64,000 nucleotides of DNA from the NCBI GenBank assembly GCA_028534125.1, contig CM052817.1, positions 103,790,001-103,854,000 of the forward strand, read 5' to 3'. Below the pieces are notes generated by a model. The model saw nothing but the letters and a program-made list of their open reading frames with translations, made no database searches and was not told where the DNA came from. Positions 39,551-52,165 of this stretch are shown here, in pieces. The stretch's first letter is position 1. Every line of letters starts with the position of its first letter. This DNA comes from Lama glama. Taxonomy: Eukaryota. Position numbers and translations under genes: made by a program.

Positions 39551-41364
39551 AAAATCATTGCTTTTTATTTTATATAAAGGTGCTATTTATATATGTTCAG
39601 TTCAGATAAACTTTACAATATTTACTGACATTCATTATTACAACATTTGTAATGATGAAAGTTTAATTCAAAGACTACAAGGGGACGTCTTTCCTTGCTG
39701 AGGTTGTCTGCCCACAGACTATTGGCACTGAAAGAATCCGTGTTTTGCTTTTTCCCCATATACATTTCAGATGACACTTTAGGTTCCTCCGCCCGCTTTG
39801 CCTGGTAACAGAATGGAGGCTCAGCCATGCCTGCCACGTCTGATGCACAGGACTCAAGTCCGTGCTTCAGTGAGTGTGTTGATCCGACCTGATGAACCAG
39901 GGAGCTTTCCTCCTGATGCCCCGTCAGGAGATGCTCCAGAAACCAGGTCTCATTATGTATACTTAGAGGCAAATGTGCAGCTCTTTCTCTCAGATCGATG
40001 GTCAGAAAGATTCCGGGCTTAACAAAGAAGCCGCGGATAATGAGAGGAAAAATCAAGGAGAGCAGGGCTGGAGTTAACTCATCTTTGTTAAGAATCTTCA
40101 TGGCAAAAATATTGGCAGCACCAGCCGTGATATTCTAGCAGAGGATGAAAGGAAGAAACTCCTAATTTTCATTCTCCTGGGGAAATAAGGACTAAAAATG
40201 AGTTGGACTGTGGGGAAAAAAGCTTGTAGAACATTCTCATCTGACTGATCAGATTTCTTCATGAGGCTGCATATCTAAGACTTTCAACTTGCTCCTGGAA
40301 AGAACTGGAAACATGGAGAGATGCAAATTATAGTCGCAGTAAGAATGAAAGTCAATCCCACAGAGCTCTCATTTTTCTTTCATTTTAGTGAATCTCTGCA
40401 TTTCTTAGTTCCTAGTTTCATTTTATTTGTATTAAAGTTCCTGTACTTCTTAGTTGGGACTGCAAAGATCAAACCATCAAGTCTCCATCCATGCTAATGA
40501 GTAAATGGGAATCTTTTTCTTTTGTAACATCAGGATTTAAATGTTCCCTCAGTTATGAATTGTCTGAAAGTGGAAGTCAACCTGATGACAGTTGAGAGCA
40601 CTTTTGCACTAAAGAAAAAATAGATCAAATTTGTTTAAAATCTCAGACTTTTAATAATGGATTATTTTATGTTTAAAAAGACAGAATATAATCTTGATTT
40701 TATTTTGTATATATCTTTTTAAAAGTATCAGTACTTTTAAAATTAGCTTTATCAATCAATTAGCTTTCTCCTGGATGTAGGTGAGTTTCATGTGGGATGA
40801 GCTACAATGAATATTTAATCTTATATTAGGTAAATCGGACATATGGAGCGGCTTCCTTTTTTATAGGTGCTGGTAGGTGTGGTGGTGAAACTTATCAGGA
40901 CGTGAGAAGGCCCACGTTCTAAACCATCTCTCCTCTGCCTGTCCCAAAATACCGGCTCCAGTTAAAATGGCTAATGCTTTGTCATTGCATTTGTCTGTAG
41001 CAAAAAAACTCAGTCTTGCTGCAGATACAGTTGGCTATGTAGTGCAACTGGCAAATTAAATAAAAGAGAATGTGGAAACTTCCCAGAATTCTCAAAACAC
41101 TTCTTCATTTGACCGAATGCTAAAAGTAAATCATCTTTTAGAGGTAATAACAAATTCAAATATTTAAGGCCAGATATATAGGTGGGTTGGAACTAGATTA
41201 TATTTCATTAAAAACTCTTCTATTTATCTAGTCTGATTTGCTTTGTCCAATCAGAATGATATAAGATCAGAAGACTAACTGTAATTTGCCTACTTATGAC
41301 TATTTTTCTTTAGCTCCACTGAAAATAAATATGTCCTTACTTTAGTGCTGTCTATGAGTAATAC

Positions 41365-41530
41365 CTAACAGCTAACGTTTACTGAAAACCCACTTTAGAC
41401 AGAGTTTTATAAGCACTATCTTATTTAAACTCATCACACCTTAAAAGATAGGTTCTGATTTTGTCACATTTATTTCACGTATGAGAAAACTGAGACTTAG
41501 CAGTGTAAGGCTAAGGTTTGAAATTAGACT
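41365..41530 (-). mobile_element. MIR
   Basis: aacagctaacgtttactga...atgagaaaactgagacttag. Confidence 0.7.
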
Positions 41531-41619
41531 TTTAAAAACCCAGAAGAAATTAGAATTGGCACATGTCTGGCAATATAGGCAGATAGCCAGTGAATAATTA
41601 ATATAGCTCTCTATCAATT

Positions 41620-41670
<51 letters not shown>

Positions 41671-41718
41671 AATCATCTATCTACCTATCTATCTACTTAT
41701 CATCTATCTTCTATCATC
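41620..41718. repeat. (CTAT)n tetranucleotide microsatellite
   Basis: Direct reading of the sequence. Confidence 0.95.
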
Positions 41719-41896
41719 TGTCTCGATCATATATTTATCATTGATTCTCAAAGAAATATGCACAAAAATTATGAGTATACTTTCTGTGAATAGATGGTGT
41801 GTGCATGAGGTTTTTTTTTTCCACAAAGGAACATATTATTGAATTTGTTTAGCTCTATAAAGTTTCTTCATGTCTTTCTTAAGATTAAATTACATA

Positions 41897-42405
41897 GTAT
41901 CAGTTAGGGCTCTTTTAGTTACAAGAGATGAAAGCACTTAAATTAGCTTGAGTAGAAAGAACAGTTGTAAAATACTGACTTACGTAACTAAAAAGTCCAG
42001 AGTAGCACAAAGGACAGCTTGATCCAGAAGCTCTAGTGATGTTATCAGGACCCAGTGGTAACCTTGCTGCCATTGGTCTCAGGTTTTTTTGCTCCGAGGA
42101 CAAACATAAAAGAAAATTTGTTGGCTTTTTTTCCTAGCAGATCCCCTCACATCCCAGAATACAGTACTAATTCTATTGAATCTGATTCTGTCGTGTGACT
42201 ATTTTTAAGCTAACCATTGTCCTAGGGATATGTTACACCTTACTTGTCCAAGTCTGTCTGGGTCATATTTACCCCTGTAAGTGGGGTTGAGGGGGTGGGC
42301 AGTCCTGGGCATCCCACGTGGACTAATTATGGACATTAGGTCTTCAAATGAAATTCAACAAATTAGTATCAGAAAAAGGAGAGATGTATTGTATTTGGCA
42401 AAAAA
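41897..42405 (-). mobile_element. Old MLT1 (K/L-type) MaLR LTR
   Basis: gtatcagttagggctcttttagttacaag...aaattagcttgag start; ctgattctgtcgtgtgactatttttaagctaaccattgtcctaggg. Confidence 0.6.
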
Positions 42406-42721
42406 CAAAAAACAAAAAACAAAAAGCTCCAGTTATACCACAGTGCTCCTCATAGTTAAAATGTTTCACAAGAGATATGGAATCACTTTATAAGAAAGTT
42501 GTGGTATTAAGGCAGAACCAATTTTAAAAAGGCATATCAAATACTGAATTTTATGATAAAGAATTTGAAAATGCTGACTTTTTAATTGAATACTAGAGTA
42601 TGATTTTGGGGAGTTAGCTATATAAATGATGGATAATGAAAAAAATCACCTCTTATAATTGCTGACTAAAAATAGATGCATTATCTTGCTTTTTTAAAAG
42701 TTTTTCTTCCTCTTATACTCT

Positions 42722-43206
42722 CTTTCTTTGAATTGAAATACAGTTTACAATTGTTGTATCAATTTCTGGTGTACAGCATCATGTTTCAGTCATACATATA
42801 CATACACATATACATATACACATACATATACTTGTTTTCATATTATTTTCATTGTAAGTTACTACAAGATATTAAATATAGTTCCCTGTGCCATACAGAA
42901 GAAACTTGTTTATCTATTTTATATACAGTAGTTAGTGTCTGCAAATCTCGAACTCCCAATTTATCCCTTTCCACCCACTTCCCCTACTGGTAACCATAAG
43001 TTTGTTTTCTATGTCTGTAAGTCTGTGGCTGTTTTGTAAATAAGTTCATTTCAGTTTTTTTTTTTTTTTAGATTCCACATATAAATGATATCATATGGTA
43101 TTTTTCTTTTTCTTTCTGGCTTACTTCATTTAGAATGATGATCTCCAGGTCCATCCATGTTGCTGCAAATGGCATTACTTTATTTTTTATGGCTGAGTAA
43201 TATTCC

Positions 43207-43258
<52 letters not shown>

Positions 43259-43292
43259 CACAACTTCTTTATCCAGTATCTGTCAATGGACA
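42722..43292 (-). mobile_element. L1 3' end (artiodactyl/camelid type) containing (TG)23 at 43209-43254
   Basis: aattgaaatacagtttacaattgttgtatcaatttctggtgtacagc...ggtaaccataagtttgttttctatgtctg...ccatccatgttgctgcaaatggc. Confidence 0.92.
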
Positions 43293-43837
43293 CAATCTTG
43301 CTTTATAGGAGGGTAAGATGTTCTACACTGAACTGGGAATCTGGTCTGTCCTCCAATCCAGAATTTTCTGTGGCAGGTCTTACTTTGTGGAGAAAACAAA
43401 TGGTAGATACCCAGAGCATCATCTTTTTCTAAATGATCTCATAACAGTGTAACTCCCGTGTCAACACACCTCACAAGTTGCCTGAGTCATTAGTTTCAGG
43501 ATTATTGTCTTTGCTGGACTGTATCACTTCTCCTGGAACTTGGGGTGATGTCTGAGATATGGGGCTGGTATAATCTATCAATCCTCTTACCAGTACTCAA
43601 CACGAGATTATTGGAAACAAAGTCCAGTTAGTAGGAAAATAAAACAAATTTCAACAGCAGAAAAACTTAAAAAAACTGAAATCCTTATGTCACCTCATGC
43701 CAGTGGTTTCCGTGCGTGCTCACCTTCCGTGTCTGAAGAGGCAAAGAGGATCTACTGACCTTAGAAAGTAGATACAATTTAACCCAACCTTTCCAATTGT
43801 TGGTTTGATTCTTTCCTTTTCAGGTGATTAAGGTTTT

Positions 43838-43882
43838 TTTGTTGTTGTTTTGTTTTGTTTTGTTTTGCTTTGCTTTGTTTTT
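43838..43882. repeat. (GTTTT)n-type simple repeat
   Basis: Direct reading of the sequence. Confidence 0.9.
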
Positions 43883-44129
43883 GGTCATTTTATGGCTGTT
43901 ATTAATGGAAGAGATTTTAAAATTTTAATTTTTTCAGCTTTATTGAGGTATAACTGACATATAACATTGTGTGAATTTAAGGTGTACAACATGATGATTT
44001 GATAAGTGTATTTATTGTGAAAAGACTATCACAATAAGTTAGTTAACACAGCCATCATTTCACATAATTACTATTCTCTGTGCATGGTGAACATTTAAGA
44101 TCTACTCTCAAAGCAACTTTCAAGTATGG

Positions 44130-44393
44130 TAGGTACATTTCAGAGCTATTGCAGGTTCGGTTCCAGATTCTTACAATAAAACAAATATATCAATAAAGCT
44201 GGTCAGATGAATCTGGGGTGTTTATAGTACACATCAAAGTTATATTTATATTGTACTGTAGTCTATTAAATGTGCAATACCATTATGTCTAAAAAACCAA
44301 AATATCAACCTGTATTTGACAATGCAGGTTTCCCACATAATATATATCTGTGAGGCTCAGTAAAGTGAAGCAAAATAAAATGAGATTTTCCTG
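44130..44393 (-). mobile_element. Tigger1-derived MITE inside the L1 3'UTR
   Basis: tattgcaggttcggttccaga...ctgtagtctattaaatgtgcaataccattatgtctaaaaaa...aaagtgaagcaaaataaaatgag matches both Tigger1 ends. Confidence 0.85.
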
Positions 44394-45079
44394 TCATACA
44401 GTATTGTTAACTAAAGTCACCATTGTTGTGCACTAGGTCCCCAGAATATATTCATCCTATAACTGGAAATTTGTGCTTTGGGGCCATGTCCTGATTTCTG
44501 TATCCCTACCCCAACCCCCTGGAAACCACCATTCTGCTCTCTGTTTCAATGAATTCAATGTTTTTAGATTCCACATATGAGATCATACAGTACTTGTCTT
44601 TTTCTGTCTGACTTATTTCTCTTAGTAAAAATAGCCACTAGATCCATTTATGTTGTCAAAGATAGCAGGATTTAATTCTTTTTATGGGTGAATAATATTC
44701 CATTGTGTGTGTATCTATATTATATATGTATAATGCTATAGTATATATATGTCACTTTTTATTTAATCATTAACCTATTGATGGACACTTAGTTTGCTTC
44801 TGTGTCTTGGCTATTGTGAATACTGCTGCTGTGAACATGACGGGCGCAGTTATCTTTCAAATTACTGATTTCATTTCTTTCAAATATATATCAGGAAGGA
44901 TAGCTAGATCACACTGTAGTTCTATTTTTAATTTTTTGAGGAACTTCCATACTGTTTTCCATTGTGGCTGCACCCGTTTACCTTCCCAGCAACAGTGCAA
45001 AAGGGTTCCCTTTTCTCCACATTCTTGGCAACACTTGCATCAAGCAACTCTATTGGGGCCATTTTTCTAACAGCATTGT

Positions 45080-45662
45080 TTTTTAAATGAATGCTATTTT
45101 TAATGTTTTTTCTTCCAGTTTTATCAAGATAATAATTGACATAACAGTACTACATAAGTTTAAGATATATAGCATAATAATTTGATTTATATACATCATG
45201 GAGTGATTATCACAAGTTCAGTGGAAATTCATCATCTCATATAGGTTCAAAACTGAAGAAACAAAAGCTTTTTCTCTTGTGATGAGAACTCTTAGGATTT
45301 ACTCTCGTAACAGCTTTCAGGCATAACATGCAATAATGTTAATTATATTGATCATATTGTACATTACACCCCTAGTACTTATCTTATAACTAGAAGATTG
45401 TACCTTTTGTCTGCCTTTATTCAATTACTCACCCTGTTCCCACCTCTGCAAAGCACAAATCTGATCTCATTTTCTATGAGTTGTTTGTTTGTTTGAGCTG
45501 GAAATATAATTACCCACAACACTATGTTAGTTCCTATTACACAACATAGTGGTTCCATATTTCTATTCATTTCAAACTGATCATTATGATAAGTCTAGTT
45601 ATAATATGTCACCATACAAAGGCATTATTGACTATTTTCCCCACACTGTACATTACATATCT
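45080..45662 (-). mobile_element. L1 3' end nested in the Tigger1 derivative
   Basis: ttcttccagttttatcaagatataattgacata...gtgatgagaactcttaggatttactctc. Confidence 0.85.
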
Positions 45663-45745
45663 GTGCTGTTTTTGTTTCATTGATTTTTAGACCTAATGCT
45701 ATCACACACTTAATAGACTGCAGTGTAGTGTAAACATACCTTTCT

Positions 45746-46801
45746 TTAACTTTTATTTTATTGAGTTATAGTCAGTTTACAATGTGTCAATTTCCAGTGT
45801 AGAGCACAATTTTTCAGTTATACATAAACATACATATATTCATTGTCACATTCTTTTTCACCGTGAGCTACCACAAGACCTTGTATATATTTCCCTGTGC
45901 TATACAGTATAATCTTGTTTATGTATTCTATATATACCTGTCAATATCTACAAATTTCAAACTCCCAGTCTGTCCCTTCCCATCCACCCTTACCTGGCAA
46001 CCACAAGTTTGTATTGTATGTCTATGAGTCTGTTTCTGTTTAGTATTTATGTTCATTTGTCTTTTTCTCTTCTTTTTCTTTTCCTTTCTTTTCAAATTCC
46101 ACATATGAGTGATCTCATATGGTATTTTTCTTTCATTTTCTTGCTTACTTCACTTAGAATGACATTCTCCAGGGACAACTATGTTGCTGCAAATGGCATT
46201 ATGTTGTCATTTTTATGGCTGAGTAGTATTCCATTGTATAAATATACCACATCTTCTTTATCCAGTCATCTGTTGATGGACATTTAGGCTGTTTCCATGT
46301 CTTGTCTATTGTAAATAGTGCTGCTATGAACATTGGGGTGCAGGTGTCTTTTTGAAGTAGGATTCCTTCTGGATACAAGCCCAGGAGTGGGATTCCTGGG
46401 TCATACGGTAAGCCTATTCCTAGTCTTTTGAGGAATCTCCATACTGTTTTTCACAGTGGCTGCACCAAACTGCATTCCCACCAGCAGTGTAGGAGGGTTC
46501 CCCTTTCTCCACAGCCTCTCCAGCATTTGTCATTTGTGGAGTTTTGAATGCTGGCCATTCTGACTAGTGTGAGGTGATACCTCATTGTAGTTTTGATTTG
46601 CATTTCTCTGATAATTAGTGATACTGAGCATTTTTTTCATATGCCTAGTGATCATTTGTATGTTTTCATTGGAGAATTGCTTGTTTAGGTCTTCTGTCCA
46701 TTTTTGGATTGGGTTGTTTGTTTTTTTCTTATTATGTCATGTGAGCTGCTTATATATTCTGGAGATCAAGCTTTTGTCAGTTTCATCTTCTGCAAAAATT
46801 T
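45746..46801 (-). mobile_element. Younger camelid-type 5'-truncated L1 nested in the Tigger1 derivative
   Basis: Low-divergence L1 3' sequence; TSD taaacatacctttct (45731-45) / taaacatacattct (46802-15). Confidence 0.92.
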
Positions 46802-47924
46802 TAAACATACATTCTATATGCACTGGGAGCCTAAAAAATGTGTGACTCGCTTCATTGGGTATTCAGTTTATTGCTGTTGTCTGGAGCTGAACCTGCAATA
46901 TCTCTGAGGTATGCCTGTAGCAGTTTTTTGGTGGAATCTTAGAATTTTATATATTTAAGATGATATCATCTGCAAACAGAGACAATTTTAATTCTTCTAT
47001 TCTGATTGGATGATTTTTTTTCTTGACTAGTTGCTCTGTCCAGAACTTCCAGTACTATGTTGAATAGGGGTGGTGAGAGTGGGCTTCCTTGTCTTGTTCC
47101 ACATGGAGGAGGAAAAGATTTCAACTGTTCACCACTGAGAATGTTATTTGCTGTGAGGTTATCATCTATGGCCATTGTCATGTTGAGGTATCTTCCTTCT
47201 ATATCCAGTTTGTTGAGTTTTTATCGTGAAAGGATGCTGAATTTTGTCAGATGCTTTTTCTGCACATGTGGTGATGATCATATGGTTTGCATCTTTCATT
47301 TATTAATGTGGTGCATTACGTTGATTAATTTGCAGATGTGGAACTATCCTTGCATCCCAGGGGCAAATCTCACTTGAGCATGGCGTACCATCCTTTGAAT
47401 GTGCCATTGAGTTCAGTTTGCTAGAGTTTTGTTGAACTTAGTGCATCTGCATTTGCTGGAGATATTTGCCTCTAGGTTCCCCTTCTTGTAGTGTCATTAT
47501 CTGGCTTTGGTATTGGGGTAACACTGCCTTGGAGGAGGGCTGACACGGGTAAAGTGAAACTGTTCCTCTTACCCTCTCCCATGCATCCAATTTTGGATTT
47601 TTTTTCTCTGACAGTGTACTGGAATTCCTGTGTTGGATTTCTGGGCTTCCATAAAGGCTTCCTTGTCCTTGGATGATTGTCTTAACCAGTGTTCTTCAAG
47701 GGGAAGATAGTAGGAAACTCTTATCTTGCCATGTTGATGATGTCACTCTCCATTACCAAAAGAGATTTAAGCTAAGGCCTGGAGAACTTTGAAAAGCAAT
47801 TGATTAACTAGAGGGGAGATAACTTCACCGGAGGTTAAGCAATTAGTGGACTAGGATGCTTCCTTCTGAGGCATAAGAGTACAGAATTTTTCCTTTATCT
47901 TTTCATTGGGTATAAGTTTACCAT

Positions 47925-48042
47925 TCATTAATTTTGGGGGATGGGGAAGAAGGTGTTTATTTATTTATGGAGGTCCTGGGGATTGAACCCAGGACCTGAT
48001 GCTTGCTAAGCATGTGCCCTACCACTGAGCTATATCCTCCCC
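47925..48042 (-). mobile_element. Vic-1-like camelid tRNA-derived SINE
   Basis: Reverse complement reads gggaggatatagctcagtggtagggcacatgcttagcaagcatcaggtcctgggttcaatccccagg, with A and B boxes. Confidence 0.88.
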
Positions 48043-48244
48043 TCCACCACCATTTCAAAATAAATAAAATAACTTTTGAAATGTTTGATTGGCTTTAGTT
48101 CTCTGGAAGTCTTTTCTGCATTGGTAATAGTTACATTTTTATGCACTGATGTAATATTACTCATAATACTATTACTAATAAATAGAATTCATTCTTACTG
48201 AATGTTCATGTACTTTGTATTTTGCCAAGCACTTTTTAAGACTT

Positions 48245-49385
48245 TTTCTCAGCCCAGACTCCAGGACAGAAACCCAAATGTGTGTATTTGCCTACTGGAC
48301 ACATTTCTTTGGAGATTTTTAAGCCCCCTTATCATTTTAAGCCCCAAACTTCCTATTCTTCCGTGTTTTCTGGGTTGGTGAATTGCATCCCTACCTACTC
48401 AGCTTCTCCACCTTGTATCTGGACATCATATTTGGCTCTTGTTCTTTCTCTCTATCATCTTGATTGTTGAACATCAAGCCCTTGTTTACAGAGCTGTCAG
48501 TTCTAGCCTTGCAAACCATCCTATCCTTCTTCATCTCCATACCTGTCACTTGGTTTACACCCTACATGTCCCATTGCAAGGGGCTCTTTGTGGATCTCCT
48601 TACACCCACCCTTTGCTGTCCTCTGATCAATACTCCACTCCTTAGCTGGAAACACAGTTTAAAAGGCCAACATAGTCATGTCACTTCCCTATGAAACTCT
48701 CTTCTGTAGAATAAACGTTTACTTTCCCACTCTGCCTCATCTACTGCCTCCTCCCCTATTGCCTCCTCCCCTACCCACCCTGTACTTTAGCATTTCTGAA
48801 CAATCAGGTCTTACTTTAAAGGCACAGACACTAATGAATGTATCTACAAAACAGAAACAGACTCACGGATATAGTAAACAATTTTATGGTACCCTGGAGG
48901 GAAGGGGGTAGGAAGGGATAAATTAGACATTTGAGATTTGCAAATATTAGCTACTATATATAAAAATAGATAAAAACAAATTTATATTGTATAGCACAAG
49001 GAACTATATTTAATATCTTACAGTAACCTATAATAAAAAAGAATGTGAAAACAAATATATATATGTATATGCATGACTGGGACATTGTGCTGTACAGCAG
49101 AATGACACATTGTAACTGACTATACTTCAATAAATTAAAAAGTAAAAAAAGAAGGCACTTCTTCAGAGGGACTTCCTTGATTCCTTAGAAGTGTTTTGGT
49201 CTCTCTCTCCTGAGTCCACAGTACATTTTACTTTTCTATTTTCACCCCTCACAATTTTGTGTACACTGACTGTCTTCCCCACAAGACAGGGACGGCAGGA
49301 AGGCAGGCAATACAGTCATGCTCACCACGTTATTTGCATTGTTTGGCATAATGCAAGCACTCCGTAAATGTTCTTTGAATAAATT
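48245..49385 (+). mobile_element. L2 3' fragments, split by the L1 at 48826-49152
   Basis: tgcctactggacacatttcttt and ttctagccttgcaaacc motifs; tail ggcataatgcaagcactccgtaaatgttctttgaataaat. Confidence 0.65.
48826..49152 (+). mobile_element. Short L1 3' end with A tail
   Basis: atctacaaaacagaaacagactcac...ttgtaactgactatacttcaataaa plus A-rich tail; short TSD aaggcac on both sides. Confidence 0.9.
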
Positions 49386-50569
49386 CTAATGGGTCCTCCA
49401 GGTCCAAGTCTGGGCTCTTCACAAGATGCCATTCTGCTTTTAGACACACATTTTGATTTAATTTTCACGTCATAAAAATTCAGTATTTACCTCAGGACTC
49501 CAAAAGGATCACCCAATATATTCAATATAGACATTTACATTCTGTTTTCTATTTAGGCAATATCTCAGTTTTTCTTAGTAAAATGTTCCATAGACTCCTT
49601 TTGAAATCCTTAGTAAAAAGATCAAGGAAGAATGGACATTGTTAAGCGAAAGTGATTAAAGTATATTTTAAGTAGTACTAGAGTATCCTAAGGCAAACTT
49701 AAAATGTGTTTCAAGCAGATGATTTTGACTATTACCATTTCTTGAAAAAAAAAGTAATCTTAATGGAAAAAATTGGAAATTTGTTAAGCTTCCTAAAACT
49801 CATCTTGATGTTTATTACTGATTTCCCTTTTAGTTATACAAGGGGGCACAATAATCTTAAAATCATTAAATGCCCTAAAAGGACTCGGTTTTGAATATTT
49901 GTGATAAAGAAAAATATTTGACTTTCTACACTGTCGAAACCAAAGTTCTTTCACTTTTTATAATAATAACAAAAACCAAGCAGTATTGTATCTCAGACTA
50001 TGGTAGCTATTTCCTATGTATTATCTCTAATTCATGTTTCCAAGGGAATTAGGTGTTATCCCCCTAGTCTTGTAGGCAAGAAAAGCGAGAGGGAGAGCAG
50101 GCAGGCAAGGGGGCCAGCTCCAAGCCTGCACGCCTTCTGGCAGGTGGCACCGTTCACTCTGTGTGCTGGCGATTCCTTCCTCCTCTTCAGATCCATCCTG
50201 ATGAAAGAGTTCCAAGGCTGACTATGCGGCAGGATTGCATTTACTGCTCCAATCGGCTTAAATTGGCTCCTACGCAAACCTGAAGTGCAGCCCTAGCAGC
50301 TCAATAGGAAATCTATAGGTTCCAGCAGGCTGCCCACAGGGGAGCACCGGCGGTCTAATTTGTAACAATCAACATCGCAGGGTGGGTGTCAGGGCTGCTT
50401 TGAAGAAACAGACATGAGTTTCAGGCATTGGAGCTGACAGAACAACTGAGATTTAGTGTAGAAACTAAGCATTTCCTTTAGAATCAGTCCTTCTGTAGAT
50501 CTGGAGTCAACACATAAATTTCCTTTATTCAGGACCTGGTTTTGCCACTCATTGATGTTATTTAGATAT

Positions 50570-50880
50570 TTATTTTTCTTTTTTCTAAAATTAAAGTATA
50601 GTCAGATTACAATGTTGTGTCAATTTCTGGTGTACAGCGTAATAGTTCTGTCATACGTATACACACATATATTCGTTTTCATTATAGATTGCTACAAGAT
50701 ATTGAATATAGTTCCCTGTGCTATACAGTAGAAACCTTTTGTTTATCTATTTTATATGTAATAGTTCATATCTGCAAATTTGGAACTCTCACTTTATCCC
50801 TCCACCTTTTTTTACCCCTGGTAACCATAAGTTTGTTTTCTGTGTCTGTGAGTCTGTCTCTGTTTTGTAAATATGTTTGC
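50570..50880 (-). mobile_element. Short L1 3' end
   Basis: Same family as 48826-49152, in the opposite orientation. Confidence 0.9.
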
Positions 50881-51744
50881 CTATTTAGGCAGAGACCAGT
50901 ATTCATAAGGCTATGGATAAAGTTTGAGTTAGTAAAATAGTTCCCATGGTAAAACCATTTCGATCCAATAAAACACACTGAGTAAATCAAGTTGACCTGA
51001 GAAGATTTGGAAATAGCTATGAGTTGAGGAAATGCTACAAGTGTCATTTGTGGCAGGGACTTCTTGAAGAGCTGGTCTACCTCAAGAATCTCTCAGAATC
51101 TCTGGCTTCCTTCCATGAAGTAGACCCTTGAAGAGGCTGGGGTCAGCTCTAGTTGCTCTCCTTTGGTGACACGGGTGTATCCTGGATGCCTAGAAAGATT
51201 GCTGGAGCTGAGCTGGACCTGGATGGGAAACAAATGTGTGTAAGCTTGTATGAGTTTCTGAAGACATGCATAAGAAAGGTGATAAGAAAAGTCATTAAAC
51301 CATGTGGTAGTTCAATCAACATAAAATGAATATCTAAAAACTAATGAACCACCTTTACGTGAAAGGTAGAGTATAGAGCAGTAACATTTGCCCTTAGTTT
51401 TAATTTACTAGAAAATTTGGTTTCTTTTTTTTTTTTAATTTCATTTTATAATGCCTGAGTCTAAGGCAGCTCTTTTCTTTCCCAGCCAACTCCCCCTGCT
51501 GATTACTCAGCCTCTCCCACTTTCTTAATGCGTTCCCATCCCCTGAGACACCACTTGACTGACTGACTTTCCTCTGGAAGCCTCCTTGCCTCTTCGTGTG
51601 AATTTCAGTGAGTCACAGTGGCTGTGTCTATTTTAACAGCTCTGCATGCAGCTAGTTCTGTAGCTGCAAATGCATCAGCTTTCTCCGTATCCTGGAACAT
51701 GATGGTTAGAATATGGTGTTAATAAGGCCACGTGTGCTTATCTT

Positions 51745-52165
51745 CTTGTCGGTTAATTAGTATCACTCAGAGACATCGTCTTTTCTAAGGGCAGGGATTC
51801 TATCTCTGACCCCGGGGATCGAGGATGCCATGCATGTAAGTTGAAGCCAAGTTTGCCTTCATCTCCTGATATCCATTCTCCATTCACTTTAGTAAGAGTG
51901 AATAAATGCAAAGGGAAAAAGCCTAGGACAGCATTTCCCAGCTTCCCTTGCAGCAAAGTGCAGTCATGTATCCAAAGCGATCATGTAGGAATGAAAGTGA
52001 CAACCTGGAAACACTCTGGGTACCAGAAGCTTCAAAGCAGGGGAGTGTAACCCTACACTGCCTACCTCCAGCCTTCTCTGTGAGAAACAAACTAACTCCT
52101 CTCCCCTTTAAGCCTCTGTTATTTTGGAACTTTGTTACTCAAGAGTGAATCAATCCTAACTGATT
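51745..52165 (+). mobile_element. Old MLT1 MaLR LTR
   Basis: catttcccagcttcccttgcagc...tttaagcctctgttattttggaactttgttact...aatcctaactgat. Confidence 0.7.

Larger units (their letters stand above)
45030..46918 (+). mobile_element. Tigger1 derivative in three pieces (45030-45078, 45665-45745, 46802-46918)
   Basis: caagcaactctattggggccatttttctaacagca; cacacttaatagactgcagtgtagtgtaaacat; terminal ctgaacctgcaatatctctgaggtatgcctg followed by ta. Confidence 0.85.
43921..47751 (-). mobile_element. L1MA9-like element with both termini, large internal deletions and nested insertions
   Basis: 3'UTR 43921-45035; ORF2 RT part 46920-47520 ([20 protein letters not shown]); 5' terminus 47521-47751 (minus ggagagtgacatcatcaacatggc); degenerate TSD attaatggaagagattttaa / attaccaaaagagatttaa. 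Confidence 0.8.
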
